Shown in pieces: positions 51,979 through 64,000 of a stretch of DNA of 64,000 bases (positions are counted from its first letter, which is position 1; every line of letters begins with the position of its first letter). The notes beneath the pieces were generated by a model, which ran no database searches, was not told the DNA's origin, and worked only from the letters and a program-made list of their open reading frames with translations. This stretch comes from Octopus sinensis (taxonomy: Eukaryota), in the NCBI RefSeq assembly GCF_006345805.1, contig NC_043010.1, positions 63,798,001 through 63,862,000 on the forward strand. Reading direction: 5' to 3'. The position numbers and the translations under genes are program-made.

Positions 51979-54900
51979 AAAGAAAAGAAGGAAGAATAAC
52001 GCGCAGTTTTTACAATGTTGTATGTTAATATATAAAAAAAAATACAGTTTCTCCGATACACTTTTTGATATGGACATAAAGAATCGACACTTCAAAAATG
52101 AAATTATCCTACACTAAACGGCATAATTCTTACGTTGTGGACTGATATTAAACATCGACATGCGAAAAGCGAAATAATGCATTATTAACAGACATTATAT
52201 TTCAATTATTGAATCCTTTTCAACGGACAGATTACTTTCGACTTTCACTTTGGAAAGTTGCCGTCTTAAAGTAACATCATGTCAAACGCGGAAGTATGCG
52301 ACTCTTTCCTTCATTATTTTTATTGTCGACTAAAACCCTTCACTTTTTGATATTTACATAAAATTTTTCTATGATAAAAATATATATTTTTTGCTTTAGT
52401 ATCAACCGCTATAATTTCATTTAATTCTATACATATAAGATATATATTTTATAACCCTAAATTTAATAGAAATGAAGACTGTCTTATTTGGAGGTAACTC
52501 TCTAAGGAAACAACGAACTTCAACGCAATGATATAACATTTTGGAACTTATTCTGGGCGATCCTTCGGTATAGGTACACACGTGACTTTGTTTAGATTTC
52601 TGAAGATAAGAGAAACCCTTTTCTCCCACCACTAACCCTAACACAAACTCTAAAAAAAAAACAACACTTTCTTGAAATGTATCCGGTATTTATACCGAAG
52701 TTATGCTATTATTCTGTATTGTTGATAATAAACTTGCTGAAATGGTAAGGATGTAGTTGGATGAATCTGAATTTTCAACCAAAATGAATGAAGGTTTACT
52801 TTGTGTGTTTGTAGTGTATGATAAAGATAGAAAGGCGTGTTACGTGATGGATATTAATGATAAGGTGGTTCTGCAACATTAAAACCAACCTTTCAGCAAT
52901 GAATTTCCTTTAGAATACAGACATGTATATATGATGGATTTAACTGTGCTGGATAGCTACAGATTTTGATTTTCCCTATACCTTTCTTAAAACGCACATC
53001 TTTAATGGCATTTTCTAGAAATACGTGTTCAATAGTGTTGATTGCGAATAAATTTATTGTTAAAAAAATTGTTAAGACCATTGTAAGATATAACGTATCT
53101 CTTGAAAATTTCGTTAAACGTATGATTTTAACAAAGTTTGGTGGAAAGCGCAAATGATTCTCCCAAGAAAACGAAACAACTTGTTTTTCATCCGCAAAAA
53201 AAAAAACCCCTTTATATTTAATTTTTAATTATTCTTTTTAATGAAAACCTCCGTTTTCGGGTACAGAGTTTACGAATCTAGAAAAAAAAAAAAAGTGGCC
53301 CAAATCGGCATTTCAGAATTTCAGTTCCCAGCAATTTTTCAATAAGTCACTTTTTTTCAGAATTAAAGAATTGTTTAAATATTATTTTATTTACTTTTAT
53401 CTTTTACCAAATGTGTGGGAAAATACGGAGATTATGATTCTGAAAAATTTTTTTGTAAAATAAAAAAAAAAAAAAATGAAAACATTACCCCCTTCCCCTC
53501 GCAGTTACGGCATAAACTAGAAGTTTTGAAACCCCTTTTGTCATTGCACGTGCGTTGACTGCTACTTGAAAAGTGAAACTTTGGAAGTTGAGCTGTGATG
53601 GGGTGGGGGTGATATTAAGAAAAGGTCTTTGGAATTCTTAAAATTTTATTTTCGGTTTTAAAATGCGGACGGCCCGAATCTGTTGTTCGTTTCCCTTTAC
53701 CATTTCGAAATCAAAATTGGGCGCACATGGCTGATACGTAACCCATCCGCTTCCTGTACATTAAATTTGCCTTCAATCAGTCTATCCACATGCTAGAAAT
53801 AACAGCCAGTTCTCACACAAACTCTTATTCGCACATATTTTTTAATAAAAGTTTTTGCATATACGCCTAGGAGTCGATTGGGGATGAGCTTCGACAAAAC
53901 TGCCATACTGGCCGGTTTTGTTTCTTGGCGATAAAATTTCAGAGAAATTTTCTGCGTTAAAAAAAGGTATTATAAAAAAGTTAAAATAATACCTTATTGC
54001 CAGGTACTTGGGCATCTAGCCTAAGAAATGCATTGCCTATCTTATAAAACTATACTGAGCCAAATTTAGAAAGTGAAGCGGGCCGCCAAATCTCACTCAG
54101 TGCATAGGTTTCTGTGCAACAAGAAAAGTTGTAAGAAGTCGGCGAAAAACCAAATACCACTTCGGAAAGGAACTTGGTTTGGTCATAGCAATTTGTCTGG
54201 CAAAATGTTAAAATAAAGTGTTCATTTTTCATTTGTTCTGTTTTACAACTAAAAGTGTTGGAAATTTCCAAAGTGTCTTTCTTTTTTCTACAAAGTTTGA
54301 AAGGGCTTTTACAAAATAAAATAAAATAAAATAAAAGGAGTACCGAAATAGCAGCCTTGTCTCCAACAAACTCTCTTCACACACACATGTGTATGTGATG
54401 CACATACAAGAAGGATTCGTTGAAAATATCAAAGTAATTTCATGTTACATACCGTTGGAATTTACGGGGAATAAACCTCGGAATTATGTTTTCAACATTG
54501 TATTCCGGGACCCTTGTATTCCATTTCGAAATTTCGCACGATGACAGAAAATGAAACAATATGAGCGTCCATTTACAATACCTGAAAGTGAAATCTGTTG
54601 ACCCAGCAAAATAAAATTTAAAAAATGCTTCCCCGGAGGGTTAGAGAGAGGATTTTCATAGAGAAAGAAATACATAAATTATTTTTTTGCTTGAGTGTAA
54701 TGGAAATAGTTTTGAAAAAATAATTTTTTAGTTTCATTTATTTTTCGTTTGAGTAATAGAAAAATATTTTAGAAAAGATCCCAACCGTAGAGATGTGCTA
54801 AAAAACCCCAGCTAAATCGCCCTTAATATTTTTACCCTAGTGAAACCATATTCAACACCGTATGTATGAATTTATTTCTCTCACCATGCTACATGGCATG

Positions 54901-56617
54901 TTCTTAAAAATCATTTTCTATTGCTCGAACGAAAAATGAATGAATCTAAACATTTTCATTTTTCAAACTATTTTCCATTACACTCAAGCAAAAAAATAAT
55001 TTATGAATTTCTTTGTCTTCGAAAGTTCGCTCCCTCACTTCCTCGAAAAAGAGTTTTCCTGCAAATGTCCTCTTAACCGTAATCTATACCGTTTGAAAGG
55101 TATTTCTATAAAAATTTCATTGAAAGCTAACCATTTTCCTAAACGTTATGAAAGAAAAAAATTGGGATTAATATAAAGATTGACTCCTGTTAACGGGAAA
55201 AAACCCAAAAGATCCAAATCGGGACTAAACAACAAGTGAGAAATGAACGAGAGGGGGCAACGAGAGAGCCTTTACCTGATCTAATTGATCTACCCCGGAT
55301 AACAAAATTCAAATAAAAACATGGATCTCTTCGGTTTGACAGAAAATGAAACAATATGAGCGTCCATGCACAATACCTGAAATTCCCACGATCCGTTTTT
55401 TGTTTTCCTCATAACTTTCATGAAGATTGATGTCTTTGAATGAAATTTTACATAAACACCTTTCAAACAACATAAATTACGATTATAAAGAAATCTGTGG
55501 GGAAAATGTTTTCGGAAGAGATGGAGAGAGTACTGTCGGAAAGTTTACACGATCTGCTTTTTTTGTCCCTCATAACTTTCAGGACCTAGTTTAGCGCCCG
55601 GTCACCAAAATATTTTTTTTTATCACCAGATTCCAATGTTTTTAATGACGGACATTTCAAACATGCAAAAAAAAGAAGTTTTCAAAATTTTTAGTTCCCC
55701 CTCCCCTAAAAATGCATTTTGAAGAAATTTATGAGTAAACACCATCGATTGTAGTTATGCTGGCTGTACTTAATTATTAATATATTAAGATTAATCATTT
55801 TCATCGTTTAATCAACTTTATTGTAGGAACCGTGTATTAAAAATGAATGCGATATGCCGGTGGCGGATCAAAAAGCTATTAAAAAGAATCTACGAAAGTT
55901 AGGATAAATGAAGGCTGTTCCGCGTTGATGAGTACCTGAATATGAATCCAGGTAGTAAAAATGTCACTGAAAAAAAGGGATCATTTCAATCTGACCGACA
56001 GATTTTTTTACATAATTTTTTAAAACTAAACACTTTGAAACTTCGGATATTGGTAGAATGTGTCACATAGAACAGGGTTTGCTCTTAACGCTTTTGACAA
56101 AATTTTGTATATTAAAAGTTATTTCGTTTTAAATTTGTTGTATTTGGGTAATTTTAACCAATCAACGACGTGTATTCAGCTGAAGAAAATTACTGCTGCT
56201 GTTAGTAAACAACAACTTCCGGGTCCACTCCCCTAACAAAACCCTTCTTTAATAACCAGAAATGTTTTTCTTTTAGCAACATAGGTTTGCTGTATCAGGG
56301 TTGATATGAGGCTAAATACCAACAAAATTATTACTGAGACAAACCAACGACGGAGCCTGTATGTGGTTGCATGACCTGCTAGAAAAAGTAGCCAAACATT
56401 TTTTATATACCGAATAGAAAAACCTCTATCCTGTGATATACACGTAGAGTCCATTATGTCTGGGTAGAAAGACGGAATGGTCCCAGTTGGGACGTCTTTG
56501 ATCATATCTGTTGAATCAGATCCAAATCGGGACTAAACAACAAGTGAGAAGGGAACGAGAGAGCCTTTACCTGATCTAACTGATCTACCCCGGATAACAA
56601 AATTCAAATAAAAACAT

Positions 56618-57020
56618 GGACCTTTTCGCTTTGAACGGCAGTGTTTTTAAAATAATTTCCACGAAACTAAACACTTTTAAACTTCGTATCCTGGGAGAAT
56701 GTGTTTATAAAACATCTTTTTCTCTTGGCTTTATTGAGAACATTCTATAGTTTGTAAGATATTTGTTGTTTTTTTTGTTCAATTTCTGCAATTTCAACCA
56801 ATCACTGACGTCTGTTGAGGTGAAAACATTCTGTACCGTATGAATATGTCCCCTTTTTAAGAAACAGATTGGGTTTATTTACATGTGGGAAGAAAAAAAG
56901 ATACCCTATCCTCTAACCCTAAAATAGATTGAAAGGCAATAAATTGATACTAGGGTCATAATTATGGATGTGAATTTCATATGACACCTAGAAAAACTAC
57001 CGTTCAAACCGAAAAGATCG
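56618..57020. mobile_element. MITE, same family as 44777, opposite orientation
   Basis: Degenerate TIRs GGACCTTTTCGCTTTGAACGGCAG / CTACCGTTCAAACCGAAAAGATC; AAAACAT-like flanks. Confidence 0.75.
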
Positions 57021-57268
57021 AAAAACATTACAACCTTTATCTCAGTAATTGCTTTAGCAGAACGTTTCTAGTGAAAACCCTACCAGCAATGAGATCGCCT
57101 TATTTTGGATGGTTGGTTTCAGTATGAATTAATTCCTCTCCTCGATGTTCTCTCCTTTGTGCCGCTGCCTCTTCCATTTCATCTTGCCGCCTTTGCGATG
57201 CTCTCCTACTTGGATATTCTCTTCTCGCTGCTGCTTGCTCTTCTCTTTCATCTCACCGCCTTTGTGCT

Positions 57269-57308
<40 letters not shown>

Positions 57309-60286
57309 GGATATCTCTCCTTTGTGCAATTCGGTGCTACTTTTCAATTTGACGTCTTCTGGCATCTTACGCTCGTCTCTCTTGTCTCACTTCTTGTGAC
57401 TGATTTAATAACCTTAATAAATTATTTAATCTTCTTGCGTCCAGTTCTTCCCGAGTGAAACTGGCTGTTCTTCGCCTTTGTCTCTCTCTCTCTCTCTGGC
57501 TAACTGTCGCCTTCTGTCCGATTCATTCTACATAACAGATGGATGAGTATTTTTAATACAACGGAACACAAACGTCAAAACAAATGAGTATATGTGTGTA
57601 CGTTAGTTTGTTTATATTTTTCATCCGTAACCATTCAAAGTCCAAAAGTAGACAGGCCTCTATTAACCGTATACACACGGACTTTTCTCCAGCAACGTCC
57701 ACACGTTCTCTATCAGTGTCTGTCTGTCTCTCTTTTGCACTTTTTACCGCCTGAAATGGAAACAAGATCTCGAAGACAAACTTCACCGCCTTGGCAAAAT
57801 TCTTCATTCATAAATATCTCTGTATCGGCAAGTATTTCTAAATATTTATTACTTTCCTTTCATATTTAACTTTCTTTCAAAAGACAATATTTTTATTTTG
57901 TAAGTTAAAAATTACTACTTATTTACTTATCTTCTTATTCTATTAACTTCGCTACTTTTTAAGCAGAAAAGTCTTCCAGAACAGTGAAACATCGCATAGA
58001 GACACAGAAAAATAATTCTGAGGTGCAAAAATCTTATTTATTGTTATTAATGTTTACCAGAAAGAAAAAAAAGCATTTATCGAAGGGAAATGGAAGTGTT
58101 GTTGTTAAGAGAGAGAAAGGGGGGAGGGAGAGAAAGAGAAAAATAGAGAGAGTAAGTGAAAAAGAGAGTGTGTGTGCGTGCGTCTGTAGAGAGAGAAGCA
58201 GAGCTCATTAATGAAGTGAAAAGGCTTTTGTTGAGAGAAAGAGGGTGAAAGGCGCTGTTTGATATCACTCCCCCTCTCATTGTTATTACCATTTTGTCTC
58301 TTCCCTTTTTTACTCTTACTTAGACTGACTGCTAAACAAGCGCATTATTATAATGGATAAGGACAACAGATAGAATATGGATGGTGATTCAAATGAATAC
58401 ACTGGTCAATGTAATCTAGTGTTTTGTGGCGTGGACATCGATCATCGTTTGTTACTGAAAGAACGCTGGTTCACTAATACAAACGTTCACATACTTCCCT
58501 CGTACACGCACACACATACACTCACAAGTTGAAACGCTGTTTGAGTTTTCTTTTCAGCATTCAATGTTCACCATCCCACTTCCATTGACAACACACACAC
58601 ATTCACATACCTCCTTTTTACACACACACACACACACATATACTCACACAGAGTTGAAAAGCTGTTTGATTTTTTTTCCACCATAGAATTTCCATCATCC
58701 CACAACCAACTTTGCCATCACCCTTTCCTTATTCATCTATCACCCGTTCCTTCCTTATTCATGTATTATCCTTTCCTTTCTCATTCATATGTCATGACAG
58801 AAAAACACAAGAGTATTATTATAGTAGATAACAATCTGTCTGTCATTCCCATCAGAAACACGATACTGAAAGGCACTTGTGATACAATTGAATATTGAAA
58901 GGTAAAATGTCAGGAGGTAAAGTTGCACCTATGAGGAGATGAGGATTTGGTGAGCAGAGAGAATAAGGTCAGTGCGATGAAGAGGAAGAGGTGCTGATTG
59001 CATTACTGCAGAGAAAATGGATATACTTTAGAATGAAATTTTATACAGATACATTTCAAAAGGCGTAGATTATGTACCAGTTATGCACTGGGGTTGATAT
59101 AATTGACTGGCCCCTTTCCCAAAGGTTTTCAAGGCCCTGCACTTAGAAATAGTCATAAAATTAATAATAATAATAATAATTACCAGAATCTTTAGGGTGT
59201 TGGACGAAAATGCTTTGTCTATTTTCCTTGACCCTTTACATTCTGGATTCATCTTTGTCCCTCATCCATCCAGGTGCTCAATAAAATAAAGTACCAGTCA
59301 AGTACTGGGGTTAATGGTACAGAATTATAATTCTTCATGAAATTGATTGTGGGCCTTGGGACTAATTCAGAAACATTTATTGCACAACCCCCTGCTAATA
59401 ATAATGCTTTCTACTAAAGGGACAAGGCATGAAATTTTAGGGAAGAGGATAAGTCGATTACATCGACCCCAGTGTTTCACTGGTACTTATTTCATTGACC
59501 TTGAAAGGATGAAAGGCAAAGTCAACTTTGGTGGAATTTGAACTCAGAACGTAAAGCCAGACAAAATGCTGCCAAGCATTTTGCCCAGCTTGCTAACAAC
59601 TGTGCCAAATCAACAGAATAATAATAAGAAGAAGAGGAATAATGATGATGACGAGGAGAAGAATAAGAAGGAAATAAGTAAATATTTATTTTCTTTAAAG
59701 AATATTATAGGCAAAAGCATGGCTGTGTGTTAACAAGTTTGATTCCCAACAGTATGGTTTGGAGTTCAGTCCTGGTGTGTGGCAACTTGGGCATTTGTTT
59801 TCTACAAGGCCCCCAGACTGACTAAAGCCTTGGAATGGATTTGATAGACAGAAACTAAAAGATCCCCATCATATGTGTGTGTGTGTGTCCCCTTGTCTTG
59901 ACATCGTATATTAATTGTAAATGATTGTCACTGTCAAAGGGAGCAGCGTCACTCATTTCCAGTATTCTGCAAAATAAGGAAATATTACCTTCCAATATTC
60001 TGTGAGAACAATTCTATTCCATAAGGAGATGTTACCTTGCTTGGAAACAGGTAAGGGTTAGATACAGGGAAGACATCTAGCTATAAGAAATTTTTGCCTT
60101 GAATAAACACCATTCAACTCATGCAAGTATGGAAAAGTGGACATTAAATGACATTTATATTCTTATTTGAAAGGCGGCGAGCTGGCAGAAACGTTAGCAT
60201 GCCGAGCGAAATGCGTAGCCATATTTCATCTGCCGTTACGTTCTGAGTTCAAATTCCGCCGAGGTCGACTTTGCCTTTCATCCTTT

Positions 60287-61348
60287 CAAAGGGGTGGGCA
60301 GAAGACTTTCAAAGAGAAAGAAATTCATAAGCCATATTTTTGCTTTTGAGTGTAATGGAAAAAAGTTTGAAAAATATTTTTTTAGATTCCTTTATAAATT
60401 TATGTATATATACACACACACAGTGTATCGCACTAGTATTATTTGGGGTCAGTGATGACAGATCAAAGATATATATACAAGGGACTGAACGTACATTTTA
60501 ATGCAGCACTCTTTTTAAATCATTGCTATAGTCAACCATACACATTGTTTATTTAAACAGGATTATTTTGAAGGTTGTGAGCCTATATAGCCTCATTGAA
60601 ATTAGGTTACTTCCTGGTCTCTCTCTCGTTATTGTAGTTTAGATTACTGTATCTAGTAGTAATACAAGCTAAATCTTTCAAAACCTGGATTGTTTCTACT
60701 CTCTGCTCAATCTCACATTCGTGCTATGCACATATTAGAAGCAAGGAAGATTATTTTGTATGTTTGTTTGGAAAAAAACTGCGTCCAGTAGTTATCTCGA
60801 TGGTTTTGTTGTGTTGTTTATCGCAGGGTTATGAAAGCCCTAAGATGCCGCCCAAAAGCCCTACACCTTCCAAAGTTTCTGGCAGAGAACCTAAGCACCA
60901 GAAAGAGGTTAGGATGCTCCCTGAGAAGGTACAACAGCTAGATATGCTCTGGGAAAGTAAAAGTTATGCAGCAGTGGGCTGCTATTATGGGGTTAATGAA
61001 AGTACCATATGCTACATAAAGAAGACCGAGGTAGCGATCAGGACTATCGTAGCAGTAAGTGTCTGTGAAAGTGCCCAAAAGATAACGATAGAGAGAAATA
61101 AGCAGTTCGTCAGGATGAAATCCATTAATATATTTATTATAATTATGATCATTTCGTAGTCTAGGAACAACAAAACAAGTGTATCAAAGCAAAAAAAACA
61201 ACAACAACAAAAAACATATACAGGGTTATTTGAAGTTAACACGGGCTGTGATTGGTGCAATGGAAAAAGACGACGAATCGCAGCTTTCTATTTTGTAATC
61301 TGGCCTGTGACTGGTGCTTTGACCGATGCTCAGATCCGCAGCACATTC
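60287..61348 (+). repeat. Local duplicate of ~35935-37038 including a Tigger HTH remnant
   Basis: Colinear high similarity; a third copy at ~61652-62838 matches 35584-36825. Confidence 0.85.
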
Positions 61349-62524
61349 CCTTCTTATGGATAACGCTGGTGGCCACGCTACCGATCTGTCGCATGAGGGC
61401 ATTCAGATTGAGTTCCTGCCACCCTACTCTATGTCACTTATTCAGTACATTTGATCACAGATCTACTCAGTCAGGACTGACCTGGGGTTAAACAACAACA
61501 TAATCCAAGTGTGAGAACCCCTATATGGTCATTCAACTTACAAGAATAGCAACCAAATCTTCCTCAAACCACACTCTACCATTTTATGAGGGGAATGCAC
61601 ATCAAATAAAGTGATTCTTTATAGACCTGACACAGGTGTAGTCAACTAGGAGCCAGAACATTTTCAGCATTTCATTGAATTGGAATTGGCCATCAAATTT
61701 TCTAGTGTTAGCTTTGTAGCCAATATCTAATTCACGATATGTCTAGTTTGAGTTAATATTTACTTTAACTCTTGGCCACCAAAACAAAAACAAAAAAAAG
61801 TGTTATAGGTGTAAAAACGTGTATTAAACGAATATGGAAACAAACATTTGCGCCAACGAATCGGAGGTTGAGAGAGGGCTTTCTGAAAAATTCACATGAT
61901 CCGACTTTTTCCCTCATAACTTTTAGGAAAATGGACAGATTTTAATGAAATTTTATATAAATACCTTTCCAATGGCATAGTATATGATTATAATGAAATT
62001 TGTGGGTGAAAGTTTTTTCAAAGGGGTGGGCAGAAGACTTTCAAAGAGAAAGAAATTCATAAGCCATATTTTTGCTTTTGAATGTAATGGAAAAAAGTTT
62101 GAAAAATATTTTTTTAGATTCCTTTATAAATTTATATATACACACACAGTGTATCACACTAGTATTATTTGGGGCCAGTGATGACAGATCAAAGATATAT
62201 ATACAAGGGACTGAACATACATTTTAATGCAGCACTCTTTTTAAATCATTGCTATAGTCAACCATACACATTGTTTATTTAAACAGGATTATTTTGAGGG
62301 TTGTGAGCCAATATAGCCTCATTGAAATTAGGTTACTTCCTGGTCTCTCTCTCGTTATTGTAGTATAGATTACTGTTTCTAGTGGTAATACAAGCTAAAT
62401 TTTTCAAAACCTGGATTGTTTCTACTCTCTGCTCAATCTCACATTCGTGCTATGCACATATTAGAAGCAAGGAAGATTGTTTTGTATGTATTTTTGGAAA
62501 AAAACTGCGTCCAGTAGTTATCTC

Positions 62525-64000
62525 GATGGTTTTGTTGTGTTGTTTATCGCAGGGTTATGAAAGCCCTAAGATTCCGCCCAAATGCCCTACACCTTCCAAA
62601 GTTTCTGGCAGAGAACCTAAGCACCAGAAAGAGGTTAAGATGCTCCCTGAGAAGGCACAACAGCTAGATATGCTCTGGGAAAGTAAAAGTTATGCAGCAG
62701 TAGGCCACTATTATGGGGTCAATGAAAGTACCATATGCTACATAAAGAAGACCGAGGTAGCGATCAGGACTATCGTAGCAGTAAGTTTCTGTGAAAGTGC
62801 CCAAAAGATAACAATAGTGAGAAATAAGTAGTTCGTCAGGGAAGACAAGAAAAAAAAAATCCCCTTTAAAAGTAACATCATCTGTGAGAAATTGCAGAAA
62901 TTATACCAGCAGTTTGACAGAGGAGAGGGAGCTGAAGGCACCAAAGTGTTGTAACCAAGACCATTGACAGTACTGGCACCCAAAGATTTTCAAGCCAGCA
63001 GGGAATGGTTTGACTGTTTCCAGAAACGGTTTAAAATAAAGTGTGTTTGCCTGCATGAAGAGACAAAGAAACCAGCAAGAAGTACCTCGAGACCTTTAGG
63101 CAGATCATCGAGAAAAAGGGATACAAGCTGGAATAGGTTTTCAATATGGATAAAATTAGCTTGATCTGGAAGAAGATGCCTTCCAGAACATAAACCATGA
63201 AGGATAAAGCCAGAGTCCCAGGATTTAAGGCACAGAAGGACAAAGTGATGCTAATTATGTATGGCAATGCTGTTGGCTTTATGATGAAACCAGGACTTAT
63301 CTACAAGTTTGCAAACCAGAGGACCTTCAAAAATAAGAATAAAAACCTGCTGCCTGTCCACTGGATGTGCAACCCCAAGGCCTGGATTACCAAGAATCTA
63401 ACTCTGAATCGGTTCCACCAATAATTCATCCCTCAAGCCAAGGAATACCTCCAAAACGTATGCATGGAGTTGCTTGTGAAGGATAATGCTGGTGGTCACT
63501 CTTTGTATTTGAATCACCAGGGAGTCCAAGTTGATTTTGTCCCGGTCAGCACCACCTCCTCCATCCAGCCTATGGATCAAGGTGTGATCCATGCCTTCAA
63601 GACATTTTACGCTCAGAACACTCTCCAACATCTTGTGGACATAATAGATTTGGACGAGAATTTCAAGTTAAAGGAGTACTGGCGTAACTTTACGACCACA
63701 ACATGCCTGTCACTCATCCATGCTGCTCTTAAAGAGATGTAAAAGGAAACCCTCATTGCATGCTAGAAGCAGGTATGGCTGAGTGCGTCCAGGACTATGA
63801 GAGATTCTCACCTGAAGATATTCAGCATGAGACTGTCAGCAATGCAGTGAAACTGGGAAAGGTTTTGATGACATCACGCAAGAAGAGGTCAACGATATGT
63901 TGGAGTTAACGAAGTCTGCCAGCAAAGTGGAGGCAGAAGCGCCAGATACAGAGGAAGAGGAGGATGTGGTGGGCCTGGCAATTGAACATCTATCTGACCT
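62525..64000 (+). mobile_element. Degenerate Tigger/pogo transposase (HTH plus catalytic domain), runs off the window
   Basis: FQASREWF..F.KR; PGFKAQKDKV..GNA.G..KP; VHW..NPKAWIT; DNAGGH; TTS.IQPMDQGVI.AFK; several stops and frameshifts. Confidence 0.88.

Larger units (their letters stand above)
46093..54239 (+). repeat. Segmental duplication, copy 2 (partner 26268-34428)
   Basis: Same evidence as copy 1: identical ORF calls at a constant 19,825 offset. Confidence 0.95.

Noticed and set aside
57105-57458. Hydrophobic 117 aa ORF
   Set aside because: Produced by CT-rich low-complexity sequence and a (CT)n tract.

Overview
AT-rich, repeat-dense eukaryotic DNA; the SINE and microsatellite content resembles an octopus (cephalopod) genome (inferred from recollection, not searched). 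The main non-transposon content is a tandem cluster of apparently intronless death-fold genes. It holds three intact CARD + death domain (DD) ORFs with RAIDD/CRADD-like architecture (3819-4502 minus, 5463-6119, 31498-32154), a frameshifted mosaic copy (51323-51978), a CARD-only derivative with a (KKEAEEKA)9 tail (38226-38780), a copy cut off by a Gypsy insertion (45349) and an orphan CARD fragment (40882). By hand alignment two close paralogs differ at about 54 amino acids but only 4 purely synonymous codons, with near-identical flanks, suggesting strong diversifying selection plus gene conversion in an innate-immune/cell-death adaptor family. The rest is degenerate transposons (Gypsy, R4/Dong-like LINEs, Penelope-like, Tigger/pogo, hAT, Helitron, MITE, SINEs), a ~5.85 kb TA/TATG array beside a 100-N gap, an ~8 kb near-identical duplication, and repeats carrying minimal hammerhead-like motifs including a G3-C8 core variant.
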